Assembly (NCBI GenBank): GCA_001001705.1
Contig: LCOG01000003.1
Location: 1-46,291, forward strand
Reading direction: 5' to 3'
DNA: 46,291 nt
From: Parcubacteria group bacterium GW2011_GWA2_47_26
GTDB taxonomy: Bacteria > Patescibacteriota > Patescibacteriia > GWA2-47-26
Position numbers and translations under genes: made by a program. Below are positions 9,228 to 18,448 of this stretch, piece by piece (within the stretch, counting starts at the first letter, position 1; every line of letters begins with the position of its first letter). The notes beneath the pieces were generated by a model that saw only the letters and a list, made by a program, of their open reading frames with translations, was not told the origin of the DNA and ran no database searches.

Positions 9228-9815
9228 TTACATCCTATTCACTTCTGCAAACTTACGCAAAAGTCGCGGGCTGCATTTTTTACAATCCGCTTCAATCAGC
9301 TCATAGTATTTTTCAATCCCCAAATACTGAAATAAGTTTGAAAGATGTGGTTCCGGATTATATGGCGAAACCCACACCGAAAGCTGCCACATACGAAAGC
9401 CGTTGACGCGCATGAGCTTTCGTAAAAAATCGCGATACTTTTTTTGAATCTCCGGCACATCAAACAGAATCAGCCGCCACTTCCGATCCCATGCTCGTTT
9501 TCTTTGTGCTTGCATATGCAATGCAAATTGCAGCCGCAATATTTCGTACTTGGCTTTCGTAGTCAGACGAACCAATCGCTCCTCTCCCTCCTTCTTCGTT
9601 TCAATATAATGCCTGCTCTTAAGATAATCAATGTGTTTACGAAGCTGTGCTTGTTCTTTCTTTGCTCGCCGGCGCCCTTTCTCGATAAAATAAGTGGGCT
9701 CATACTTTAAACTCGGATATAGTGGCCGATAAGACGCCAGTGCATCATCAATATCCCTGTAGGCCGCGAGAAGCTCAAGAAGCGTAATCTGTACTTTGGT
9801 CAATTTCGAGCCCAT
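9228..9815 (-). CDS. PaaX-like protein (winged helix plus Cas2-like ferredoxin fold), copy 1
   Basis: LKSRHYIE..VRLTTKAK wing; WDRKWRLILFDVPE..RDFLR..GF..WQLSVWVSPY. Confidence 0.85.
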   Translation of the reverse strand: MGSKLTKVQITLLELLAAYRDIDDALASYRPLYPSLKYEPTYFIEKGRRRAKKEQAQLRKHIDYLKSRHYIETKKEGEERLVRLTTKAKYEILRLQFALHMQAQRKRAWDRKWRLILFDVPEIQKKYRDFLRKLMRVNGFRMWQLSVWVSPYNPEPHLSNLFQYLGIEKYYELIEADCKKCSPRLLRKFAEVNRM

Positions 9816-9862
9816 AGCTATTTACGCAAAAATTATTACCATCCTAACTTTTAAACGTTTCC

Positions 9863-9908
9863 AACTCGTCCCGCGATTGGCGCGATCGAGTCAAGTGCAG
9901 GACGAGTT
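9863..9908. repeat. Degenerate 46-bp sister palindrome upstream of PaaX-like gene 1
   Basis: AACTCGTC...CGCGATCG...GACGAGTT; same length, ends and centre as 9156-9201. Confidence 0.85.
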
Positions 9909-9966
9909 AGTTATTTACCGTTTTTCTTCTTCTCTTCTCACCCAACCGCGCGAGTAGATCACCCAT

Positions 9967-10344
9967 TTAAAAATAACTAACCATCTTTGGCGATTCATTC
10001 TTAGTAATCTGCTCTTGATAATCAGGGTCGTAAATTTGAATGATTTTATACTTGCCGGAGGTAGTCTGATTACCACTACTTCCCTGTTTTATAGTTTGCT
10101 CCAATACCACTATTTTCCCCCAATACAACCATTTCCCATTTATATTATGCACTAAAAAACATCTTGTTGACGGCGGGTGATAAATCCTCGCGCCTGGTTT
10201 ATCGTGAAATTCAAATATCTTATCTTTGACATCATTCAATTTTATCGGATTCTTTTTGTGCCTGTTTAAATTCAACACTCTCACCGGAAACCCCTGTTCT
10301 TTAGTAATTTGGAGAGTATCATTAAATTCTATAAAACTTCCCAT
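9967..10344 (-). CDS. Hypothetical protein (125 aa, AT-rich)
   Basis: Clean ORF starting 3 bp after the glyQS stop. Confidence 0.75.
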   Translation of the reverse strand: MGSFIEFNDTLQITKEQGFPVRVLNLNRHKKNPIKLNDVKDKIFEFHDKPGARIYHPPSTRCFLVHNINGKWLYWGKIVVLEQTIKQGSSGNQTTSGKYKIIQIYDPDYQEQITKNESPKMVSYF

Positions 10345-10347
10345 ATG

Positions 10348-11685
10348 TTAGAGACTAAACTTCTCTTGTAAATACTGCTTTAATTCTGCTACCACCACTC
10401 GCTCCTGCTTCATAGTATCTCTATCCCTCACCGTCACCTTTTTATCTTCCAAACTTTCAAAATCCACTGTCACGCAATATGGAGTGCCGATTTCGTCTTG
10501 GCGGCGATAGCGGCGGCCAATAGAGCCGGCCTCATCATATTGAATAATCCAGTTTTTGCGTAACATCTGCGCGACATCTTGAGCCAGCGCAATAAGCGCA
10601 TCTTTCTTTGAAAGCGGCAGTACGGCTACTTTAATCGGTGCAAGACGGCGGTCAAAACGCAACACTGTCTCAATTTCTTTTACTGATTTGGTAGTAGTTG
10701 TGCGTCCCCCCTCTACCTCCTCATACGCATCAATAATAAACGCCAGCGTCGCACGATCAGCACCGGCAGACGTTTCTATAATATAGGGAATAAATTTTTC
10801 CCCAGTCTTCTCATCCTGATAAGATAAATCTTGACCGCTAAATTGTGAATGTCGTGATAAATCCCAATCGCCGCGATTATGAATCCCTTCTATTTCATGC
10901 CAGCCAAAAGGAAACAGATACTCAATATCTTCTGCTGCTTTTGCATAATGGGCAAGTTCACTTTTTTCATGCGGTCGGAAACGAAGATGATCGGGATTTA
11001 TACCCAAATCCACATACCATTTCATACGCTCTTGTCTCCAATAAACGAACCACTTATCAGCCTCGCTGTGATGCACAAAAAATTGCATCTCCATCTGCTC
11101 AAATTCGCGCATACGATAGGTAAAATGACCGGGGGTAATCTCATTGCGAAAGGCTTTTCCTACTTGTGCAATCCCAAAGGGAATTCTCATACGCATTGTT
11201 TCCACCACCGAAGCGAAATTCACATAAATGCCTTGCGTTGTTTCACCGCGAAGATATGTTAATGTAGAGTCATCTTCCACCGGACCAAGATGCGTCTTGA
11301 CTAGCAAATTAAAGCGTTTTGTTTCCGTAAGCGCTCCGCCGCATTCCGGACATTTTGTTTTACCCTCCTCGGTAAGATGATCTGCACGCCATCGCTTATG
11401 GCATTTCTTGCATTCCTGCAACGGGTCAGTAAATCCCGCCGAAGTATGTCCCGAGGCATCCCACACCTTACGCTCCATCAAAATACTGGCGTCAACTTCA
11501 ACAATGTTATCGTGCATGTGCGTCATCGTATACCGCCACTGATCCCGTACGTTTTGCTTCAAATGCGAACCAACTGGACCATAATCATAAGTTCCAGCCA
11601 ATCCTCCATAGATCTCGGAGCCGGGGAATATAAACCCACGCCTCTTACAAAGCGACACTATCTTTTCCATTATATTCTCGTTCAT
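10348..11685 (-). CDS. glyQS: Glycyl-tRNA synthetase, alpha2 type
   Basis: LCKRRGFIF, YDYGPVG, LRGETTQG, GKAFRNEITP, REFEQME, IGRRYRRQDEIGTP. Confidence 0.97.
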   Translation of the reverse strand: MNENIMEKIVSLCKRRGFIFPGSEIYGGLAGTYDYGPVGSHLKQNVRDQWRYTMTHMHDNIVEVDASILMERKVWDASGHTSAGFTDPLQECKKCHKRWRADHLTEEGKTKCPECGGALTETKRFNLLVKTHLGPVEDDSTLTYLRGETTQGIYVNFASVVETMRMRIPFGIAQVGKAFRNEITPGHFTYRMREFEQMEMQFFVHHSEADKWFVYWRQERMKWYVDLGINPDHLRFRPHEKSELAHYAKAAEDIEYLFPFGWHEIEGIHNRGDWDLSRHSQFSGQDLSYQDEKTGEKFIPYIIETSAGADRATLAFIIDAYEEVEGGRTTTTKSVKEIETVLRFDRRLAPIKVAVLPLSKKDALIALAQDVAQMLRKNWIIQYDEAGSIGRRYRRQDEIGTPYCVTVDFESLEDKKVTVRDRDTMKQERVVVAELKQYLQEKFSL

Positions 11686-12233
11686 ACCGTCATTATTTCT
11701 TTCTCTTTACCCTCCCCTATTTTTTTAATTTGCTCATTATACTCCCCGACCCTTTTATCCAATTTTTCCAACTGCCTGAATTTCTCATCTTCGCCAATTT
11801 CTTTTTTCTTTTCGCTCTCCAAAACCATTTGCCGAAGCTTCTCGCGCAACGTGCGCACGCGATCGCGCACCTCTTCAGTCTTATTGCGCACAATCTTCAC
11901 TAACTCCTTCCGGCTCTCCTCGGTCAACGGCGGCAAAACTATACGCAAAAGCTGTCCTTCATTAACGGGATTTACGCCGACATTCGCTAGATGGATCGCT
12001 CGTTCGATCTCCTTAATAACGGACTTATCCCAAGGCTCAACCACTAAAGTTTTTGGGTCCAAAACAGAAATTGACGACAACGCTTTAAGCGGCTGTCTGC
12101 CGCCATAAACATCTACCTGAACGCCCTCAACCAAAGCCGGGGTAGCTCGCGTGCCTCGCAAAGCGCCTAATTCAGATCTTAAATAGCTGACTATTTTCTC
12201 AAAATCCGGTTTTGATGATTCCAGATTTAACAT
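11682..12233 (-). CDS. frr: Ribosome recycling factor
   Basis: RATPALV, VEPWDKS, PPLTEESRKELVK, KEKEIMTV. Confidence 0.97.
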   Translation of the reverse strand: MLNLESSKPDFEKIVSYLRSELGALRGTRATPALVEGVQVDVYGGRQPLKALSSISVLDPKTLVVEPWDKSVIKEIERAIHLANVGVNPVNEGQLLRIVLPPLTEESRKELVKIVRNKTEEVRDRVRTLREKLRQMVLESEKKKEIGEDEKFRQLEKLDKRVGEYNEQIKKIGEGKEKEIMTV

Positions 12234-12246
12234 ACAAATATCAATG

Positions 12247-12291
12247 CTTAATTCTTAATCCTTAATTCTAGATTCTAGATTCTAGATTCTA
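12247..12291. repeat. Heptamer tandem repeat
   Basis: CTTAATT/CTTAATC/CTTAATT then CTAGATT x3. Confidence 0.75.
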
Positions 12292-13344
12292 CTGCTTTAT
12301 CGTAGCTGCACCTAAGTAAATTATCTGGGGAGTATCAAAATCCACAAGCAATGCACTCGTCGCTCTAGTGCTAGGCAATTTTTTAGTTGACCAGTTCTTG
12401 CCTCCATCCGCTGTTTTGTAGAAAGTCGTAGCCGTCCCATAATAAATTTGCGCGGATGAGCGCGGGTTAACCGCTAGGGCAAATATTTCCACAGTGGATG
12501 GACTGATAATTGGCAAAAGTGCCCATGTTAAACCGCCGTCAGTTGAGCGCAAGAGTTTAGATCGCGATGCCAATAAAAATGCGTTGGCCGTGGCGCGATC
12601 CGCTATAAGATGCCGCGCGTCCTGCGCTCCCTCGTGCTTACGTAATCCTTCGGATATATCTTTGTAATTCGCGCCGTCATTTTCAGTTTTCCAAAGCCCG
12701 CGCCCAGAAATCGTCAACAGCCGCGTTGAGGAATTCCGCGGATCAGCAACTATGTCAAGAATCCGGCCCTGAAAATTGTATTCCAACGCCCAAGTCCTTC
12801 CTGCATCCCTCGTCCTCAAAAGAGTGCCCGTCGCTGTGCCCGCATAAAGAAACAACGGATTAAACGGATTAATAGTAAGCGCCGTGATAAAAGTCTGCGG
12901 GGACGGTTCGCGATAAATTTCAGCAAAGGTGCGATTGCAATCCGTGGACTTTAAAATGCGATTGCCAGTCGCCGCGTAAATCGTGCACTTATCCGCCGGA
13001 TCAATCGCAATAGCCGCGACAAAACCCGCAGTTATATCTTTTGGCTGACGCCACGAATCTCCGCCGTCAAATGAATAAAACATTCCATTTTCCTTGGTTC
13101 CCGTATAAATAGCCATGTGATCCTGCGGATCTATAGCAAAAGTATTGATGTTAACGCCGGAAAAATTCCGAATACCAGCGGCAGTAGGAATCGCCACTTT
13201 TTGCTGCCACTCCTCGCCGCTATTTTGCGATTTGAATACTCCGCCGTCTACACCTCGCCCTGCGCCGCGCTGAAAACTGATGCACCCCTGACCTAAAAGC
13301 GCCACCGCACTAAAGAAAATACCAATTTTATAGAATCGCGACAT
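12289..13344 (-). CDS. Putative lipoprotein, BNR/Asp-box (Ycf48/sortilin-like) beta-propeller
   Basis: Signal peptide ending LLGQGC; repeated S/T-x-D-G-G-x-x-W boxes. Confidence 0.85.
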   Translation of the reverse strand: MSRFYKIGIFFSAVALLGQGCISFQRGAGRGVDGGVFKSQNSGEEWQQKVAIPTAAGIRNFSGVNINTFAIDPQDHMAIYTGTKENGMFYSFDGGDSWRQPKDITAGFVAAIAIDPADKCTIYAATGNRILKSTDCNRTFAEIYREPSPQTFITALTINPFNPLFLYAGTATGTLLRTRDAGRTWALEYNFQGRILDIVADPRNSSTRLLTISGRGLWKTENDGANYKDISEGLRKHEGAQDARHLIADRATANAFLLASRSKLLRSTDGGLTWALLPIISPSTVEIFALAVNPRSSAQIYYGTATTFYKTADGGKNWSTKKLPSTRATSALLVDFDTPQIIYLGAATIKQ

Positions 13345-13390
13345 AAGTTTTGAGATTAACTTTTAATATCTAATTACAATACCCCTCAAC

Positions 13391-13482
13391 TGTCATTCTG
13401 AAGGAACAAAGCGACCGAAGAATCTCGCACGAATGTGCGTTCGCGCATACGTGCGGGATCCTTCGCTACGCTCAGGATGACA
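13391..13482. repeat. Family A doublet downstream of holB
   Basis: TGTCATTCTGAAGG...GATCCTTCGCTACGCTCAGGATGACA; near reverse complement of 3599-3693. Confidence 0.85.
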
Positions 13483-13484
13483 CT

Positions 13485-14450
13485 TCACTCACCAACCAGC
13501 ATATACTCTATTGCAAGCCGCGGATCAACATTAGCCCTAATCAAATGTTTTGCCTCTTGCACACGTCGCAAACTGCGTACAATCTGAAACGGCGTCATCT
13601 TCCCTGCGCACTCTGCGATCTTGTCTCCCATAAATCGATGCACTGGCTCTATTTTATATAAACCTAGCATTGCATCGCGCAATACGGATTCAAAAATTTC
13701 CATCAAACTACGCGCTTGATCCCGGCGTTCGTTCATCTTTGATATAGAACCAAGATTCTCTGCCGCCCATATCAATTTTTCACCATCATCTCCAGACAAT
13801 ACTTGAAGCGCCGCCGCGGACCTTGACTCATATTCTTCATACTGCGCACGCTCTGCCAAACGTATAGCCAATCCTGGCCTCCCTGCCGCAAGACTGGCGA
13901 TTTCCATACTATGCGGATGCTTACCTAAGTGCTTTATGATCTCGCGAGAACCTACAAAGCCAAACCTAATTCTCTGGCACCGCGAAGTAATCGTAGGCAA
14001 AAGCTCGCCATGCGTCACTAAAAACAACACCACATGAATGCCCGGCTCTTCCAATGTTTTCAGTAGGGAATTAGCGGCTTCAGTCGTCAACAAAGCCGCC
14101 TCTTCTATCATACCAATTCGGAGCGATCCGAGCAACGGCCGCGTTGACAACACAGAAATCAATTCGCGCGCCTTTTCAACAGATATGTGGGGGTCTTCGC
14201 CAATATCAAGCAAATGAAAATCCGGATGCGCATTATGCTCAAAAGTAGTGCAAGCGCGGCAAAACCCGCAAGGAATACTTGTTGCGCCCTCGCATAAAAT
14301 AGTTTTGGACAAAATTTTTGCAAAGGTAAATTTGCCAACATGCTCCGGACCCTGAAATAAATAAGCATGGTGCAATTTTCCGCTCCCTAGAGCTTTGGAA
14401 AAACAACCCTTGATGTTCTCGTGCCCAATAATCGGCCAATCAAATCGCAT
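13485..14450 (-). CDS. holB: DNA polymerase III delta-prime subunit
   Basis: HHAYLFQGPEHVGK, C4 zinc motif, HPDF, AANSLLKTLEEP, LPTITSRC. Confidence 0.93.
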   Translation of the reverse strand: MRFDWPIIGHENIKGCFSKALGSGKLHHAYLFQGPEHVGKFTFAKILSKTILCEGATSIPCGFCRACTTFEHNAHPDFHLLDIGEDPHISVEKARELISVLSTRPLLGSLRIGMIEEAALLTTEAANSLLKTLEEPGIHVVLFLVTHGELLPTITSRCQRIRFGFVGSREIIKHLGKHPHSMEIASLAAGRPGLAIRLAERAQYEEYESRSAAALQVLSGDDGEKLIWAAENLGSISKMNERRDQARSLMEIFESVLRDAMLGLYKIEPVHRFMGDKIAECAGKMTPFQIVRSLRRVQEAKHLIRANVDPRLAIEYMLVGE

Positions 14451-14567
14451 CCCGTTAGAAGCAGGTCGCGGTCATCCCGTCCTGCTTATTATTATTTATA
14501 TTTGATAAATTGATCTTTCGCATAAATATCATGTCCAGCAACTATCGCGACCGCGGCTTCTAACGGG
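14451..14567. mobile_element. MITE-like element, family F (CCCGTTAGAAGC...GCTTCTAACGGG)
   Basis: ~20-bp inverted ends, AT-rich core, AT on both flanks; homologue at 38790-38905. Confidence 0.85.
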
Positions 14568-15721
14568 ATGCATAAACTCGTTATTGTGTTCCACGTCTCC
14601 CTCGCCGCCTTGTCCCAGCTAAATTCGCGAGCGCGTTCCTTGCCTTTACTAATCATTTCTTGTCGTAATTTTGTATTATGCAATACTTCCGCCATGCCTC
14701 GCGCAATATCCTCGCTGTTTTGAGAATCAACATAATAGGCTGCCTCGCCGCCAACCTCGTGTAGCGCCGGAATAGCTGAACATACGACCGGCACGCCCGC
14801 GGCCATGGCTTCCAAAACCGGCAAACCAAAACCTTCTCCAAATGACGGCAACATCAGCAGCGCCGCATTTTTAAGCAACTCAAAATATTGCTCCCGCGAA
14901 GTCCAGCCTAAGTGTAGCACATGATCTTGAAGTTTTAAAGTATTGATGGCGTGTAATATTTCATCTCCACCATAGCCAAGTTGGCCGGCAAGAATAAGCT
15001 TCAAATCGGATGTAACTCCTCCATTCGCCTGCAGCGAATCTCCCCCTCTTAAGGTAAGAGGGGGTTGGGGGGCGTTATCAATCAATCTCCTAAATGCCCG
15101 AATCAACCCAAGCACATTTTTCTTTTTCTCCAGGCGGCTGATGAATAAAATGAACCCAGAAAAAGGGGACAGACCCCTTTTTGAATCAAAAAGGGGTCTG
15201 TCCCCTTTTTCCACTCCATGCGGGATCACTGCAATTCTTTCTTCTTTAACTCCCACGTGTACTAAATCATCTCGCGTTGCTTTTGAGGGCACAATTATCT
15301 GCCTTGCGCCTTTTAACGCCATGTTCAAACTTCGTCGCTGTCGTTTTAGATCTGCGGCATCATAAAGATCCGGCTGCAACAAAAAAATCACATCGTGAAT
15401 AGTTACCACCGTATTTTTAGGATGAACAAATGGAATTGTATAAGCAGGGACGAAAAGAACGTCCGGCTTGTTAAACATCATCTCTAAAGACAACCGTCCC
15501 TGCGTCCAACCCCGTCCAATCCATTTAAGTACTTTCCACTCCCAATTCCCATTCTTCATTCTCCATTCTTCATTCTCCATTTGCGGCGTATACAATCTAA
15601 CTTTCCACCCCTCCGGCGTACATTTTTCCATGGCTCGTAATAAAAAATAAGAGTACCACTCTACTCCTGTTTTCTCTTTCTTTATCGCGCGTGAAGCATC
15701 AATTCCCAAAACCTTTGGCAT
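14492..15721 (-). CDS. Glycosyltransferase family 4 (GT-B) with several repeat-derived insertions
   Basis: VVTIHD, SRLEKKKN, PSFGEGFGLPVLEAMAAGVPV, FSWDKAARET. Confidence 0.92.
   Translation of the reverse strand: MPKVLGIDASRAIKKEKTGVEWYSYFLLRAMEKCTPEGWKVRLYTPQMENEEWRMKNGNWEWKVLKWIGRGWTQGRLSLEMMFNKPDVLFVPAYTIPFVHPKNTVVTIHDVIFLLQPDLYDAADLKRQRRSLNMALKGARQIIVPSKATRDDLVHVGVKEERIAVIPHGVEKGDRPLFDSKRGLSPFSGFILFISRLEKKKNVLGLIRAFRRLIDNAPQPPLTLRGGDSLQANGGVTSDLKLILAGQLGYGGDEILHAINTLKLQDHVLHLGWTSREQYFELLKNAALLMLPSFGEGFGLPVLEAMAAGVPVVCSAIPALHEVGGEAAYYVDSQNSEDIARGMAEVLHNTKLRQEMISKGKERAREFSWDKAARETWNTITSLCIPLEAAVAIVAGHDIYAKDQFIKYK
15012..15077. repeat. CCCCTCTTAAGGTAAGAGGGG-type palindrome in-frame in the glycosyltransferase
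   Basis: Encodes NAPQPPLTLRGGDSLQANGGVT. Confidence 0.7.
15159..15211. repeat. Family C palindrome in-frame in the glycosyltransferase
   Basis: GAAAAAGGGGACAGACCCCTTTTTGA-A-TCAAAAAGGGGTCTGTCCCCTTTTTC. Confidence 0.85.
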
Positions 15722-17027
15722 ATGTGAGTGCTGTAATTCCCGGCAGCGGTTTTCCGCTCATGAACTGGAGTATCGCCCCGCCTCCCGTAGAAACAAAATC
15801 CACATCCTGCATCATGCCAGTCTGCTTCAGCGCGTCAATTGTCTCCCCCCCTCCAGCCACTCCAAAAGCCTTACCCCTTGAACGCGCCGCAAAAAGCCGC
15901 CCCAAAGCCGATGTCCCATGCGAAAAACGTTTTACTTCATAAAATCCCATTGGGCCATTCCAGAGTAACGTCGCCGCACTCTTGATATAATGCGCAAATT
16001 CTAAAATCGTCTTCGGCCCAATGTCCAAAATGGCGTATGGCTTAGAGCAAATCTGTAGGGCCGGGCCTTGCCTGCCCCGCACCGAACTCTGTTGCCGTGC
16101 GGTGGATGCCACGTCCCGCCCTGGCGGGAGGACAAGCCCCGGCCCTACATGTTGCATTTCCACCACTCGCGCCCCTTCCCCATCCTCTTTCCCCACCACT
16201 ACATCCAGCGGAAGCACAATTTTTCTATTCCCCACCAACTTTTTCGCCAGCCGCACTCCTTCCGCCTCGATCCGCGAACCGCCCACTCCATAGCCCATAG
16301 CCTTAAAAAAATGTAAAGCCAAAATGCCGCCAACGAGCACTGCCTCGGCTTTTCTCGTCATTATCTGCATCATAGCAATCTTATCCGTTATCTTAGCTCC
16401 ACCCATCAACACAATAAATGGCTTCTTTGGCGCCTTGAGAATGCTCCCGAGTGTATCTACCTCTTTTATAAGCGTAAATCCGGCATAGCTTGGTAAAAAT
16501 TTCGGTACACCTACAACTGAAGCATGCTTGCGATGACATACCGAGAATGCCTCATTGACATAAAAATCCGCCAACCCAGCTAACCCTTGAGCAAACGGTT
16601 TGCTATTCTTTTCTTCACCAGTCTGCAAGCGCAAATTCGGCAGCATCAACACTTGGCCACCCTTCATCGCTTTGATCATCTGCCCAATTTCTACCCAATC
16701 CCATTTATCTGCCATCTGCACTTTCTTTTTTAACAACTCACCCAAGCGAAAAATTGTCATTCTGAGGCCAGATGCCGAAGAATCCCGTAATTCTCTTCTT
16801 GAACGAGATCCTTCGCTACGCTCAGGATGACGAGAGAGAATCGGTCTTCCAAAATGCGACATCAAAATCACCTTCGCCCCTTTTTGTGCTAGCCACTCAA
16901 TCGTCAACACAGTCGTCCTAATCCTCGTATCATCCTCAATCTCACCATGTACGACCGGAACATTAAAATCCACGCGCACCAGCACTCGCTTCCCGCGAAT
17001 ATTTTTTAATTCATTCACCGACTTCAT
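15699..17027 (-). CDS. pgk: Phosphoglycerate kinase with two in-frame repeat insertions
   Basis: RVDFNVP, SHFGRP, HRKHAS, GGAKITDK, DIGPKT, WNGPMG, STGGGA. Confidence 0.96.
   Translation of the reverse strand: MKSVNELKNIRGKRVLVRVDFNVPVVHGEIEDDTRIRTTVLTIEWLAQKGAKVILMSHFGRPILSRHPERSEGSRSRRELRDSSASGLRMTIFRLGELLKKKVQMADKWDWVEIGQMIKAMKGGQVLMLPNLRLQTGEEKNSKPFAQGLAGLADFYVNEAFSVCHRKHASVVGVPKFLPSYAGFTLIKEVDTLGSILKAPKKPFIVLMGGAKITDKIAMMQIMTRKAEAVLVGGILALHFFKAMGYGVGGSRIEAEGVRLAKKLVGNRKIVLPLDVVVGKEDGEGARVVEMQHVGPGLVLPPGRDVASTARQQSSVRGRQGPALQICSKPYAILDIGPKTILEFAHYIKSAATLLWNGPMGFYEVKRFSHGTSALGRLFAARSRGKAFGVAGGGETIDALKQTGMMQDVDFVSTGGGAILQFMSGKPLPGITALTYAKGFGN
16054..16149. repeat. GTAG-tagged REP doublet with nested family E unit, in-frame in pgk
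   Basis: TGTAGGGCCGGGCCTTG...CAAGCCCCGGCCCTACA enclosing GCCTGCCCCGCAC...GTGCGG. Confidence 0.8.
16755..16832. repeat. Family A doublet in-frame in pgk
   Basis: Encodes RHPERSEGSRSRRELRDSSASGLRMT shortly after SHFGRP. Confidence 0.88.
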
Positions 17028-17073
17028 AGTTTGCGTCTTTTGCGCAGACTTCCCACGCACGGCCACACTCCCC

Positions 17074-18375
17074 TTAGTCATTTTTAGTATACACCCTCAC
17101 TCCCCTAAAAAAAAAATTCAGCGCCGCAAATAACGGCATGATGGATAAAAAGTAACGCAAATCCGCGGCCTGCCGCACTACCCATCCCACAAATCCATCA
17201 AAAATCAAATTTTTAAAAACAATAATAGCGCGTTTTCCGCCAATAGGATTTGCTGTTGGAAATTCAGGAAATGAATAATTGATAAGCGCCATGCCCTGAA
17301 TCAAACTCGCAATATTTTTTGCGGCAATTTTAGCTTCCGCAATTGCGGCTTGAGCAAGCATCGGCACCGCTTGATTATTTTGCGGGTTAATCAATAATGC
17401 ATTATCCCCCAACGCAAATACGTCTTCCATATCTTTAACCCGCATCTGCGCATTTACCTCAACTCGACCCTTGCGATCAGTCGTGAGTCCGCACTGCGCC
17501 AAAAGTCCATTGGATTTTATTCCACCAGCCCACACAATCAAATCCGCTTTCATCTTTTTTTCATGCTCCGGCAAAAACTCACATACCAAATCGTTCTCTT
17601 TCTCTCCGGATTTAAGCGGTCTAGGAGCAAGAATAATCTCGCCGGGAGCCGCGCTCTTGATACAGGTGTCCAACATTATTTTAACGCCTTGTTTTTCTAA
17701 GCGTGCCAGTGCCAGCGCCGAAGCCTTGAGCGATAAAACAGAGAGCAAGCGCGGCAAAGCTTCAACCAACGTAATCTGCCAATCGCCTGCCCTTAATACT
17801 CCATAATTTTTTAGGCACAAAAACGACTGTACTAATTCCGCAGCAAACTCTACCCCGGTGGCGCCCCCTCCACCAATTATAATATTAATTTTTGATAGCT
17901 CTCCTTTACGCTTGCGTTCAATAAAATCAGAAATGCGCCGACGCAGCTTCAGGGCATCCGCCAGTCCGCCAAAGGTGCAGGCATTTGCCTCCAGTCCGGG
18001 GACTCCAAAATAATCCGGCGCCGAACCAAGAGCTAAAACTAAATATGAAAACTGCAAAGTTTTTCCGTCACGCAAGCTAATTGATTTCTTCTTGCAATCA
18101 ATCCTTACGACCTCGTCTTGCAAAAATTGCACCCGCTTGCCAAGCAATTGAGAAATGTTAAGGCAACAGCCCTGGGCCAGGATTTCTTCTGTAGGTTTAT
18201 TGTTACCAAAATATCCCGTGGCCACCTCATAGAGCAAAGGTATATAAAGATGACAATCGTTGCGATCCACTAAATAAATCTGCCACTCCGGACTTGGCAG
18301 TTTTTTCTGCAAATCTAAAGCCACGCGCAACCCACCAAACCCCGCCCCAAGAATCACTATATTGTTTTGCGTCAT
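17074..18375 (-). CDS. ndh: Type II NADH dehydrogenase-like FAD-dependent oxidoreductase
   Basis: GAGFGG, LVLALGS, GGGATGVEFAAEL, VFALGDNA, LAQAA. Confidence 0.85.
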   Translation of the reverse strand: MTQNNIVILGAGFGGLRVALDLQKKLPSPEWQIYLVDRNDCHLYIPLLYEVATGYFGNNKPTEEILAQGCCLNISQLLGKRVQFLQDEVVRIDCKKKSISLRDGKTLQFSYLVLALGSAPDYFGVPGLEANACTFGGLADALKLRRRISDFIERKRKGELSKINIIIGGGGATGVEFAAELVQSFLCLKNYGVLRAGDWQITLVEALPRLLSVLSLKASALALARLEKQGVKIMLDTCIKSAAPGEIILAPRPLKSGEKENDLVCEFLPEHEKKMKADLIVWAGGIKSNGLLAQCGLTTDRKGRVEVNAQMRVKDMEDVFALGDNALLINPQNNQAVPMLAQAAIAEAKIAAKNIASLIQGMALINYSFPEFPTANPIGGKRAIIVFKNLIFDGFVGWVVRQAADLRYFLSIMPLFAALNFFFRGVRVYTKND

Positions 18376-18448
18376 ACTCCCTAACTATTATACTCGCCCG
18401 GTGCCACAACTTCGATTGTGGCAGGCCGGGCTTCGCTTTATATATCCA

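Noticed and set aside
15535-15580. Heptamer-like run (MENEEWRMKNGNWEW) as a functional motif
   Set aside because: Low-complexity ATTCTTC/ATTCTCC microsatellite like those at 12247 and 3142; no independent evidence of function
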